A DNA stretch of 64,000 bases from Marsupella aquatica. Taxonomy: Eukaryota > Plantae > Marchantiophyta. The notes under the pieces were generated by a model. That model worked only from the letters and a program-made list of their open reading frames with translations. It ran no database searches and was not told the DNA's origin. How positions within the stretch are numbered: position 1 is the stretch's first letter; every line of letters begins with the position of its first letter. Location of the stretch: the NCBI GenBank assembly GCA_973895155.1, contig OZ316895.1, forward strand, positions 21,898,558 through 21,962,557, written 5' to 3'. Position numbers and translations under genes: made by a program. Below, in pieces: positions 50,201-62,162 of this stretch.

Positions 50201-51869
50201 TTCACTTGCAGCTCAAAGATTCCGTTTGGGAACTTTATCGTGCTAAGGGAATTCCTGACATGGTGATTGTCTTTTTTCACGGCCTTCAATTGGGTTTTGA
50301 CTTCTGGAAAACTTGGCTTGCCAGAGACTAGGAGTTGAACAGCTGGTGTGGCTCTAAAGATGGCTCTGTGGCTCTAAAGATGGCTCAATTGCAGGGAATT
50401 TCCTCGAGGAAGCATAATCAATCTCTTATAATGATCGACGAAGAGTTTCGGCAACATCGTGCAAACCTCAATGTACTCGCATTCTCGATAGGGGAGGGTC
50501 TACTTACCCATATGAAACTTTATTTGCGTGTCCCCATTACCTGCTCGAACTGAATTTCTATCCAAGTTTCCTGGAACTGAACGTCAATCTTTGAGGGTCA
50601 AGTGAAGCCGAATCGCATCAGGTACATTGTCGTCATCGATGTAAGCATTTTGTAAGCTGCCAAGCGTAGATGCAAAAATCGACAAACTGATTAATCATTA
50701 CCATGGAGATCTTCTAAAACTCCCGGTCTTCTACTTTTGAATCTCGATTTCCTATTTGAGACGAATCAACGAAACTCACTAGAATGTCGATCCCACCAAA
50801 GTGGTCTTCCAACCAGACTTAAATCTCACAATTTAGCTATCTAATGGGATTGAGCTAGTCCTGCCTCCATGGCTGCCTTTGCTGACTTCCTTCCGCCTTT
50901 TGGGTAATTCTCTAGAATGATTGTCGTGCTACGGTAGACCGTTTTATCCAGCATGCCCCACCACAATGATTACACTTCTGTCCGTGAAAGTAAGTCCAAC
51001 ATTAGAATCCTCGGCACTATATTCAGAGCTGCTAGATATATCGCACACTCAACCTGTCCAATCCAAAAGTTAGGAAGTCAGAACTCATGATCACATTATA
51101 AAACACGTAAGAAAAATTGGACAATCCTTCCAACTTCAGAGGTAAGGGCAGCTGGGCGGGTCAGGCGGCGAGTAGTCCAATCTTCAACTTATTACTGTAT
51201 TGCAGTCTCAGAGACTCGTCAACATGAATGCTTAATACGTCTTTGTGCCGGCGATTTTTCTTTTGGCTGGAGATCATGAATTCCGTCAATGAATTTTGTT
51301 GGCACTAGTATACAGTGATCTTTGACCTTCTTCCTCCTTCGTTCCTCCTTCCTCCTTCCTCCCTCCTCCCTCCTTGCTGGCCATTATGAACAGCTTCGGG
51401 GAGATCGGGGAGGAATGCCGCATAACACCGAGTCGAAAGACGTTCCACAAATGCTCTCTTGCACAGCGAGGACAAGTTGTCTGTAGTATAATTATGGACT
51501 TACAAACTCCATTCCCCGGAAACGCTCAGCCCGACCCAGAGATCAGTCCACAAAAGATCACAGCAGAACGTTTAAGATCTAGCGGGAAATCGTGGAGCTA
51601 AGGAGAAGTGATCGGTAGATGTCTCCACTGCTGCTCCCTCTCGATCTATCTGTCGTTTCAGATCACTTTTCATATTCGGGACCTTCAATTCTTATCTTGA
51701 CAGATAAATGCCAGGTCGAGCCTCGAAGGCGAGGGAAGTACTTAGCAACCTGGTTACCAATTAGATTATTTCGAAAAAACAAAGGGCTCTCGCATCTTCT
51801 CTTCGGCATCATACTCTATATTTTTCTACAATCCACACTTGCACCTGCAGAAGTCATCTCCAGATCCTC

Positions 51870-52365
51870 AGCTCACCACCATCCGCACCAAAAGTTGCTT
51901 CGCTGAATACCCTTCAAGAATCCTTTGTGCGCTTCAAAGAATTGTCAGCGATCATTCTAAAATTGTAGACGCCCAGCTGACCCCGGCCGGGAGTGTGTTG
52001 TGTAGGGTAACCCATCCCCAAGAGGGGGGTAATGGGATGTAATCCCACAGCTAGCTGAGCCCGAGGGGGTTAGAGCCATTATCCCCAAGTGGGGATGAGT
52101 TATCAAGTGTAAAGTGTAAAACTGAGTGAATTTTTACACAACAATTTTCAGTTCAGTTTTACACAAGAAAAGTTTGATCCATCTTGCAATTACCATATTT
52201 CTCATTTAAATTTCATAATCCCCAGGCCAGGCTGGCCCAGGGGTTCAGAGTGGCTTCACCTGGGGGTAATGCCTCGTAACCTGTACACACATACAAAGGA
52301 AAAAATTCATGAAGGGTTTATGGAACCCACCTTAAACCTGAAACCCTGTGGATTAAGTTGGCCCA
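51870..52365. repeat. First unit of a local duplication; second unit at 55159-55305 beyond the solo LTR
   Basis: caccaaaagttg, aagaattgtcagcg, gcccagctgacc and aaacctgaaaccctgtggattaagttggcc occur in both places. Confidence 0.7.
52008..52287. mobile_element. MITE-like dispersed repeat, uninterrupted copy (other copies 1465-1740+9974-10005 and 56155-56290)
   Basis: Inverted similarity to both other copies; weak terminal inverted repeats; absent from the duplicate unit at 55200-55300. Confidence 0.65.
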
Positions 52366-52477
52366 AAATTATAATTCTCTAAGGTTCCGAAATGTTGCAG
52401 GCGGGATGACAGACCAAAAACATGCGGCTCCCGCAAAAGGTTCAGACTGTCAATAACTTGGATGGGCAGCGCACCGC

Positions 52478-55153
52478 TGTGACTGGGCCCCAAACCCAAT
52501 GTAACTTAGTGATGACTTATAATTACGTATATAAGTAGAAAGACAAGTAGGTGTAGTAAAAGTGTTTGGATTTTCAAATTTTTTATTTTCGTTAGTTCCA
52601 ATAAATTGATGCGACAACCGGAGGCCGGAGTTGAGAGGGGTGTCGGGCGGTGATGGATGACAAGGGAACCATTGAGGGGGTACAAGGAGGCCACAAGGCA
52701 GCCCAAGGACTTGGAGCCAAGGTGTGGGCATCTTGGAGGGGTGGGGGCTGGTCGGAGGCTCCACGTAAGGCGCAAAACGGGAAGAATGACCAAAATATAG
52801 AAAACAAACTTAAAATAGACGTTGCTGCGCTAGTAGTATTCCAAACATGGTCATGTTTGGATTCATTTTGAAGCCCTCAATGAGCCCCATGCGAAACTGA
52901 GGTTCTTTAGTTGATTTTAGGTCTATATCAAACAGTGACATCTCGAGGGACCTCAACGCCCGTAAAACGGCAAACTAGGCAATCTTGGAGTAGTGATGGT
53001 GGGAGGGCCCTTAGAATGAAGGGGTTCCCACACTTGTGTTCCCCTTCACCCTTTGTGTGGTCCTCACATGGTTTTTGCTCTCTTTCCCTTCCCCACTCCG
53101 TAGAGGGGCACTCCGTAAAAGAACACATCCGTAGAAGGGGCCCTCACACTTTCTTTCTTCCCTTTTTCTCTATTCTCACTTGTGGGGTTTCCACCCATAC
53201 CTAAACCCTTTCCCTCTTGTGCTTGCTTCCACCGTGTGTACGGACCCTGGTTGTACAAACACCAGATTTCAGGAGTCTACGGGCTTGTTGGAAAGAGCTC
53301 GCCGAACTGAATCCAACGATGTGTCACACGGCCAAAACGGAGCTAAGACGGGGGAGATACAACAAATCGCGATTTTTGAGAATATAGGGGTTTTGAGGCC
53401 GTACGGACGTCCGTACGGTAGGAGGTCCCGGCTTTGGAAGGAGGAGGTAGCAACACATACGGGGAACCAGTGATCCATGTTTTGCAAAGCCGGGCCCCCT
53501 GGTGTTGTACGGACGAAACGAAGGGACACGGTGCCCCGTGAAAACTTAAACGACCATATCTTGGCCGTTTGACCTCCGTTTTGTGCACCGTTTATGGAGC
53601 CGTGATCAGGAAGAGGAGGGCTCCTCAGATATGTTTTCAAAAGTGAATTCTGATAAAATTTTAGTTCCGACAATTATAGGGGCCCCCTCCTTTTACAATA
53701 GACCGGTGGTGGCGATCAGGAGGATTGAGGCGGGTAGGCAGGGTAGATAAATAGGATAGGAGGTGGTGGACTCAAGTGAGTCCTTGTTTAGCCGAGTGGT
53801 ATCCACTCCAATGGAGAGCGATGAGGAGACCAACTCACGGGGCTCAAGCCAGGGCACCGTGAGTGAGGAGGAGGAGGACTGATGAGAAGACCAACTCATG
53901 GGGCTCAAGCCAGGGCACCGTGACTGAGGAGGAGGATTGATGAGGAGATCAACTCACGGGGCTCAAGCCAGGGCACTGTGAGTGAGGAGGAGGAGGACTG
54001 ATGAGGAGACCAACTCACAGGGCTCAAGCCAGGGCACCATGAGTGAGGAAAACTAGGGTAGCCGTACGGACTTGGTCATATGACCTTTGGATTTTGAAAC
54101 TTGTTGGAAGTGGGCACTCACGGGCTTGTTGGAAAGAGCTCGCGGAGCTGATTCCAACAAGAGGCAGCGCTCCTCAAACGGAGCCAGGATGAGTAAGTTA
54201 GGGCCCGACAAAGTTGATAAGTACATGAAACTAAAACGGCCATAACTTGGTCGTCCGATGTCCGTTTCGGGAGCGGTTTGGTGATTCATGATCAGGAGGA
54301 GCAGGGCTACCCAGGGGTGAGTTCAGAGGTGCAATCAGAGTGGTACCTAGTTTCGGCAATTGTGGGGTCACTTGCATTTTCGCGATTCACGAAGCAAGGT
54401 TGGGGCGCCATCGAAGGCACCGTCGGTCCCATTGTTAGATTAGGGTTTTAGGAGCATGTGTGTGCCGCATGCTTTAGGATTAGGGATTTCTTTCGTGAAG
54501 GTTTTAGCGGCGCCGCTAGGGTAGCCGCCATCCTTGTGACCCCGTGAGGGGTGCTTTGGTGTTTTTTTTTTAGTATTTAGGGGGAGAGCCCCGTAGTAGT
54601 GAGGGGGGAACTCAGTCTAGTGTTTGCCTTAGGAAGTTAGCTCATAGCCAGAAGAGGGAATCAAGCCAGAGTAGTGAGGTAGAGGTGTAGCACTTGCCCC
54701 AGTGAGGCAGTAGTTGGGCAGACGGCAGGAGGCCGAGTTGTCCTTGCAATGTGTTACGACGTTTTGCCAAAGGATATGGATTTGGTTTGATTCCTCAAGT
54801 TTTGGTGTGGTGTTACCTTTTCTAGTTCACGATTGTGTTCTTTCCCCAAGAAGCGTCTAAGGAATCCTTGCACGGTTTGGTCAACCATGTGAGTAGGAGG
54901 GGTGGTGACAGCACTCCACCAACGACCAGTAGGAGGGTGTGTGGTGTAGTCCATGGGACTTGATCAAAAGTAGAGAGGCTAGTCGGTAGACTTGATCAAA
55001 AATTACACTTCCGGGAGCGAAATCAAACATACTCATCCTACATGTAATAGAATCCGAATAGCGTCCCTCCACGTTCCCGTCATACGATAACAACCAATTT
55101 TAGTAGGAGTAAATACATATTTGTCATGTAAATCGTTTGATAAGCAGGTGACA
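52478..55153. mobile_element. Solo LTR (~2.68 kb; size suggests Ty3/Gypsy) with TSD ACCGC
   Basis: TGTGAC...GTGACA termini; accgc at 52473-52477 and 55154-55158; no coding domains; internal duplication (53281/54122, 53541/54228). Confidence 0.8.
53820..54049. repeat. ~60-bp tandem repeat x4 inside the solo LTR
   Basis: gatgaggagaccaactcacggggctcaagccagggcaccgtgagtgaggaggaggagg repeated four times. Confidence 0.92.
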
Positions 55154-57299
55154 ACCGCCGTTCACACCAAAAGTTGTTTCGCACAATGTGTCGGCACCAT
55201 TCAAGAATAGTTCCAGCCCTTCAAGAATTGTCAGCGCCCAGCTGACCTGCGGGAGCGCATTGAAGGCCATCTCAAACCTGAAACCCTGTGGATTAAGTTG
55301 GCCTGAAAGGTGGGTTTTGATCTAGGTAGTAGACATAGATTTCTTAGAATGGCTGTCCAAAAAAATGGGAGAGAGCAAGTTTGAGACCCCGTTTGAGACT
55401 CCCTAGAGACGAGGAGAGGACACCTAAAAAACTTGCAGAAAAAATGATTGCCCTTCAAATGAGGCCCTAAATGTCTCACATGCCAACATATCACTGAATG
55501 AGACTTACCAGGCTGATGTGCCAGGCCTGACGGCACCATCCATGCATTTACAAAGGCAAGGGCCGGAAGCTTTCCAAACCTTGGCCTTGTGAAAAAACCA
55601 AAAAAACTGTACACATGTTGCAAATTCTGTAAGACAGTTGTTGTTGGGAAATAGGGAACCAGATTTGTGTCATGTTGTGTTATCAAGGAAGTCTGTATTA
55701 CTTTTTCCCAAAAGTATACAAGTGCAATTGGACGCACACTTGAGGGTTCTCACATGCGAGTTGGCTCTAAGAGTTACAGCCTAGAGGTTTCACTCCAGAT
55801 AGTGGACCCAAGAAGCAACTTTTGATCGTGCTTCATTAACTAGCTACCTGACGTTATGGGCAAAGGGTCCTAGTTCCTACGCTGTATTTTAATTGTGACC
55901 AAAAAGTGAAGGCTTTTATGAGCATTCTGGAAGCAAGCTAGGTTCCCAGAACCCCAGCCCACACCATCATTCATCGTAATAGTATATTAAGTGTTGATGA
56001 TCATGATCTCAGTGGAGTACATTATGGAAATAGCTGGACCTCTAGAAATGGTTAAACACCTATAACCTTTGTTCCATACCAAATTTACATTTGGTGGCCT
56101 CAAGAGGGCTCAGTCAACCCCTCATGTATTTTTTTTGGTTGTATTTGTAGAGATGGTTATGAGGCATTACCCCACTTGAGCCATAGAACCTCTGTGCCAG
56201 CCTGGCCTGGGGATTCTCAAATTTGAATGGGACTAGAGGTAAAGTGCAAACAGTGGCAGCTGGTTTTGCAGTGTAAAGTGAAGTTAATTTTTCAAAAATT
56301 CACTTGGGGCATCTGATCAATGACTTGGTCCTACTCCTTAAGAAGTTTGATTTTGTTGTTTGTATGGCATTCATCCTGTGAGCCCATAGATCTGTTTCAT
56401 GAAAATGATGCTCCCATGGACCACAATGTTAGTCTTGAAAACCCCCAATCATACCACATTTCCTAAAATTGAGTTTAATTGTAATAACTTGATGTTAGTA
56501 ATTTCAAATATATTTTAGTTTTGAGGATGTGCTAGAGGAGTAGGTAAGCTGTACACTTCCCTCAAATTGAAAGTGAATTTTTGGCCTTTTCGGTTGATAT
56601 TTCATCATGTAATGCGGCGAGGCAAATTCCCTGGTAAATTCTATTAGATTGATTTTCATTGTTTTAATATTGCGTATTTTAGGTTGTGTTGTTTTAGGTC
56701 CCTCCTTCTCTAGTTGTATTGCAGCTGCACAGCTAATTTTATTTAAGGACTCATAATCATCAAGTTATAAGCCCAAAACTCCCCTAGCCCACCAAAATGT
56801 GGTCCACCGGAGCACTGTGTCCAACATGGTGGTCCATCCGGGCTTCACTTTCTTTGTTTCATTCAAAGGAATATGGAATTCACTGAAATATTTTGAGGAA
56901 ATAACAAATGAATTTAATTATAGCGCACAGAGGATTCAACCAATTATGTCGCTTTGATAAGACAAGGATAGCCTATTGTTTAAAATTTGGGCACATTCAT
57001 TCAAATTGTGGAACTGGTGATCCCATCTTGGTGAGACATTAATTTTGCATTGATACAGTCTTGGAACTTTCAGAGTCCAGTTTTTCCTAATCATGAGATA
57101 GGCCTAACAGTGCCACTGCATGTGCACCTTCATTTTCGTAGCCCACCCTGCAGTCACTCTCCCCACCCCCTCTCTCCCTGCAGCTTGTATACTCCGTGAA
57201 ATCCAATTTTCAGGCCGACTCGCCAAAGTGTCCACTACTGCTTTGCTCATCTCACTTGTGCTCAATAACACTTCCTCTCAACATCAGGCTTATTATCAA

Positions 57300-57760
57300 C
57301 AAAACTGTGCAATGCACAGGCATTGTTCATTATAATTACCTAGAATGCAACTGTTAGAATGCATGTCTAGCAGTGTAAATGTTGTACTAGAAGCCCATTG
57401 GACTTGGGCCACATCTATAAGGTCCATCTCCTTTACAATACTAGTGCCAAGACCCACTTTCAAAGTCTTCCATCTTCAAACAATTCGACAAACGTCCATG
57501 TTTTTGACTGACAAAGATGGTGGTAACTCAGGTGGTAGTTGAACAATTCAAAGTATTTGTGGGGTTTTCATTGGGGCCACAAGTTCCATTTTGAGATTCC
57601 AGCTTGCTTTCACTTTGGCCTATAAATGTTTAATACATGAGTTCCCTAAATGCACTTTAGTAAACTACACAAGGAAATAAATACAATCCTTGGCCAACTG
57701 GGTGGCCAGATGGGGCCCAAGGAAATAATAGACATATTCATTGACACCAGATGTGACCAA
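57300..57760 (-). pseudogene. Possible degraded PIF/Harbinger transposase remnant
   Basis: Broken-frame fragments ELFNYHLS, RWKTLK and IMNNACALHSF in the order of the Harbinger FN..S..R..IE..FG.LK.RW / ACC.LHNF motifs. Confidence 0.38.
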
Positions 57761-58109
57761 TGAGCTCTGACTTTCAACCCATTCTGTTTTGGCAAGGATG
57801 CAGTACTAAAGTTTTTGACTATCAGTTTTTGCTTCATTGACCTACCACATCTGTGGTTTGCTGATACTAGCCTGGACTATTGCCATAGCAATTAATTTAG
57901 AAATAAGGTCTAAAACAGAGTCTTAATTTAGGGGAAATAAGTCCTCACGACATCCAACCCCCGGTCCAACCCTGTCCAAAATGCTCAAAATTAATCGGCT
58001 TTTGTACCCCAGAGGAGATTTTCAGTACTAAACAATTCAATACGTACACTCTAGTAATACTGTCATTAACTAGACATATACTTGTGTACAATCACTACAA
58101 CACTACCGA

Positions 58110-58520
58110 CCCCTTTTGCGAGCCCCGTCCCATCGCAACTAACAAAGGACCAAATTATGAAATTCCGGCGTTTGCGAAATGCTATGCATCGCAACCCTTT
58201 CGCATTCTTTGAAACCCACAGCTTCGCAATCGGACTTTCGCAACCCCTTCGCAACACCTTCGCACACTACGAAACTTATTTTATCGCACATAAATCACAT
58301 TTATGCGATCTCGACAGACTCTTTATCGGTTTGCGACGCGCTCTGAACTATAACTTATTTGCGAAGCTGTTGTCTTGACAATTCCGTTGCCATTCATATG
58401 GTATCGCATAACTGCGTCAGTCAGGGTGTCGCACAATTGCGGAACCAAAAGTATCGCAATGTTCCAATACTCAATGTATGGCAAGTTTGCGATAGTATGG
58501 CGTTCGCATGTGTTTCGCAA
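58110..58520. repeat. CACTA subterminal repeat field (TTCGCAA/TTGCGAA); further fields at 59440-59605 and 60910-61125
   Basis: Many direct and inverted (t)tcgca/tgcga(a) motifs. Confidence 0.8.
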
Positions 58521-58736
58521 GGATAGTTTGAGGGCTTGGTTTTGTATATTTGGGTTCATAATTGGGTTGGGGTCTTATGCTCCACATGAAGATACCAAAG
58601 CAAAACTTTATATATGCCAAAAATCCCTGAATGTACAAAATTTAGGGTTTTCTAAAACCCTATGGGGTATCAAATACCAAGACACTGTCCTTTGACTAAT
58701 CCCGATGCCATACGGAGTGAACTACATCTGCATCCT

Positions 58737-60796
58737 CTAGAATGGAGCCCGCCTACTCCTCTTTGCTGGCCTCTTCCCCTTGTCCTTCTTGCTTTGGGCG
58801 GGACGAGCTGGACGGGAGGGGGGTGGTGGTGGTGGTGGCGGTGGTGGTGGTGCCTGCTGCTCCTCCCCATCTGGCTCATCCTCATCATCGTCATCATCCT
58901 CATCATCATCCTCCTGGTCTCCTGGTGTGCTAGGTGTGGCAGCACTCCCTGCCCCTCTAGACCCACTCGTGGTGGCCACGGTAGTGTCCCCATCATCAGC
59001 GCCGCTATCCTCCTCACTGCTATCCTCACTCCCCTCCTGCTCCTCCTTATCCTGCTTCCATGTCACAAGGTTAATTCGGGTTTAGGGTTAATAGGAAAAA
59101 TGTATAAACCTTATAAATGGAATGGGTGCGGGTTTAGAAAGGGTACTACAAATCACTCACACTAGCCAACTCTGCATCAACCAACTCAAAGAGATGTCTG
59201 GCCCCATGCTCTGCCCCTATCTCCATCTCCTTTATTGTTATCTTGCGGCGGTACCTCTTATACTACCACAAAAAAATGAAACACCAAAACATAAGGGGCC
59301 CGGGTTAGTAACTAAGGGTACTTAAGCAAAAAAGGAATCCTAAAAAGGGTAAAAAGGGTACCCTAACCAGAAAAAAAACCCATTACCCTAACAAACATTT
59401 GTCACTCGACACTAAACGTTTTTCAAAATGAAACAAGATTTGCGAAACTCCCACCTTCGCAAATTCAAATATATTTAAGTTTGCGAAATAGACTGCGAAT
59501 TGGATTGCCTTGCAATGGCTTCGCAAACCTTACGGGAAAAAGGTTATAATAGAGTTTGCGAAACAATTGCGAGGCAACCCGCTTCGCAATTGTTTCGCAA
59601 ATTGTGCTTTTAAAAAAATCCGAGAAATGGCTAAGGCACGCAATGTGTCAGGGTGACCTAAAACAAAAGGGGAGGCCATAAGGGGTAAAGCAGAGGTCTG
59701 CAAGGGGCATTGCAGGCAAGCAAACAACAATTGAAGGCGAAGGAAAAGAAGCAGGGGAGGAGGGGAGAGGACTCACGAAGGTTGCTTTCAGGCCGGGAAG
59801 TCCACCTTGCCCCATCTTGTGTGTGGTCTTGGGGCGTTTGCTGACTCGGTCTGCTGCAAGGATGAACTTCTCGGGTGGTGTCCCCACTGCATCCACGATG
59901 TGCTGCAGCTGAGAGACCTTCTCAGCCAATGCCTTGAGGTCTTTGTCTGACTTCCCGGCCTGAAGTGCCTTGGCCTCCTTCTCCTTCTAGAATTGGAGGT
60001 CCTTGGTTGCTTTCAGCTGCACCTCGACCTTATAGAACGCGTTCCACACATCCTCTGTGAATTGCACTGGCCTCCTCACGTTCCTGTACTCTTGCAAGCT
60101 TGCCAGGTAGGCCCTCACCTTCCTCCTATCATGGTATCGTGCTTGAGACATTGAATTCGAAATTCTATCTGCAAGCCACTGGTCATCAATCTCTGCTCCA
60201 TTTCTGAATGAATCTTTGACCTGAGTCATTACTTTCCTCTGCTCTGCTCTGCTTAGTTTCCCCCACTCAACACCTCGTGCAAAGCTAGTCCTCACAGCAA
60301 GCCTGATAGTGCTCTTTGCCCCAGTGTAGGCCAACTCAGTAGGAATGCCCTCAACCAAGGCAATCAATGGCAGCTTCTTCCTCTCTTCCTCCTTTTTCCG
60401 CTGCGCCTCACGTTGTGCTCGAATCTCATCTCGTTCCTCCCTTCTCCTCTTCTTTTCGAGGGCTGCAGGAGAGAGTACTCCTGCCTTAGCCCTCTCCTCC
60501 TTCTTTCGTTTCTTCTCTCTGGCCTTCTCCTCAGCTGCAGCCTTTGCCTCTTTCTCCCTCTGAGCCTGCCCTGCTGCAACCCCGGTTTGCAAAGCTTGCC
60601 CTAGAATTGCACTCAAAGAAGCAATCCCAGCTGGTGTACTCAAATCCAAATGGCTTAGCTGTGTGGCATTGAGATGCTCGGCCATCAAATTCGTCCATTG
60701 ATTACTCTCCTCATTCCTGTTCCCTCCATTGCCATTGCCACTCCCACTCCCACTTGCCCCTGCCCCATCCCCTCCACGCCCTCCACTAGAATCCAT
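58737..60796 (-). pseudogene. CACTA accessory gene (TnpA/ORF2-like?), exons 60796-59777, 59262-59161, 59051-58737; one in-frame TAG at 59987-59989
   Basis: Phase-0 GT-AG junctions join the frames; coiled-coil E/K/R region, HKMGQGG motif reminiscent of TnpA/Ptta-type proteins, acidic, poly-Pro and basic tail. Confidence 0.6.
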
Positions 60797-61414
60797 AGCT
60801 ATCCAACACCAAGCGCGCGCAAGCTCTCCTCCTGCCCTCCCTCACTTCAAAAAACGTCGAATGGGCCTTGTAACCCGGCGGGAAGGTCCGAATGCCCAGA
60901 CAAAACACATTTGCGACGCAGTCCGCGTCGCAATTTGCGAATCAGCCCGCTTCGCAACTAGTATCTCAACTTTCCAAAACCAATGCGAAACCACACGCTT
61001 CGCAAAGCCTTCGCAAAGCTGCAGACACGCGAAAAAACGCTCTCGGGCTCTGTTTTTCCGAAGCTGTTGCGAAACATTTTGCTTCGCAAATAATGTGACC
61101 AAATTCTGAAGCAGGTTGCGAAGCAGGTCGGTTCTCAATATCGTGGCAATTCCTGGCGAAATTTTTTTTCACATTCTTTCCCTCCTCCTTTTGTTTAGGC
61201 CATGTAAGTTATACTATGCCCTTTTGTGTAATTAAGAAATTCCGCCGTTTCAAATCCCGGCGTTTGTTAGGGTTGGGTCTTGGATGAAGCTGGGTTTTTT
61301 AGGGGTTAAAAGCGAGATTACCAGTCAAACCTTCCATTTTTTAAGCTATACATGGTGTGGGTGTAGGCTAATTTTGATAAGAGTTGGGTTTTGGTTTAAA
61401 ATTAATAAGTGAGG

Positions 61415-61725
61415 AAAGGGTTTAGGATTAAAGTTGGGTTTGGGTTTAGGGTTTAAGTCTTTAATTTTGGGTTTAAGCAGGGTTTGCATTTATGGTTGTA
61501 GGCTTTTAGGGTTCAAGCAAGGGTTTAGGGTTTAAAACAAAAGAGAGGAAGGGGATTGGGAGTGAGGGTCTAGGTTTTTGTAATAGGTCAGAGGTTTGGG
61601 GGTGAGGGTTTGGAAAAGGCAAAGCAAGGTTAGATGAGATTAATGTTTTAGTTGTTTTACCATGGGTTTTATGGGTTTTAATGGGTTTTATGGATCTTTT
61701 GGGTTTTAATGGTTTTTCCATGGGT
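61415..61725 (+). repeat. Degenerate telomere-like GGGTTT(A/T) repeats between the divergent CACTA genes
   Basis: gggtttagggtttaa, gggttttatgggttttaatgggtttt etc. Confidence 0.55.
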
Positions 61726-61901
61726 TTTATGCTAACAAAGGAGGAGGAGCTATGACAACTTGCAGGGTGCGGCACTTTTGCATGAATTGATACTAGCTAA
61801 TGCGTATGCATCGTATGAGCCCGGGCATCTGGAGGTACGGACTAAAATAGATGGGTCTAGTTAGGCTTATTCATGTAATTAAAATTTTTGGTTCCCACTA
61901 T

Positions 61902-62162
61902 CTATAAAGAGGACATGTATGTAAGGTGTTCACTTTGTGTACTTGCAGCTTTTCTCATACTTCCAGATTCGGTTCATTATTTTAGAGGCACAAGACCTAT
62001 TGGCACCGCTGAGCCTGGGTCTCAGAAAGGTATTTTTTAGTGTTCCTTTTGTGTTTGGTTTCATGTCATCATTACTTGAGAACTTACATTTGTCCAGCTT
62101 GATATTGTGATGTTATTTGGTAATAACCCCTAACTTGCAAATTATACATCTTTGTAGGGGCA
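61902..62162 (+). promoter_or_regulatory. Putative TATA box and 5' UTR intron (62030-62157) of the CACTA SET/transposase transcript
   Basis: ctataaag at ~61902; donor aaag|gtattt at 62030; acceptor tttgtag ending 62157, 5 nt before ATG 62163. Confidence 0.5.

Noticed and set aside
53820-54049. 60-bp repeats as a CRISPR array
   Set aside because: Units are contiguous near-identical copies without spacers, inside a solo LTR.
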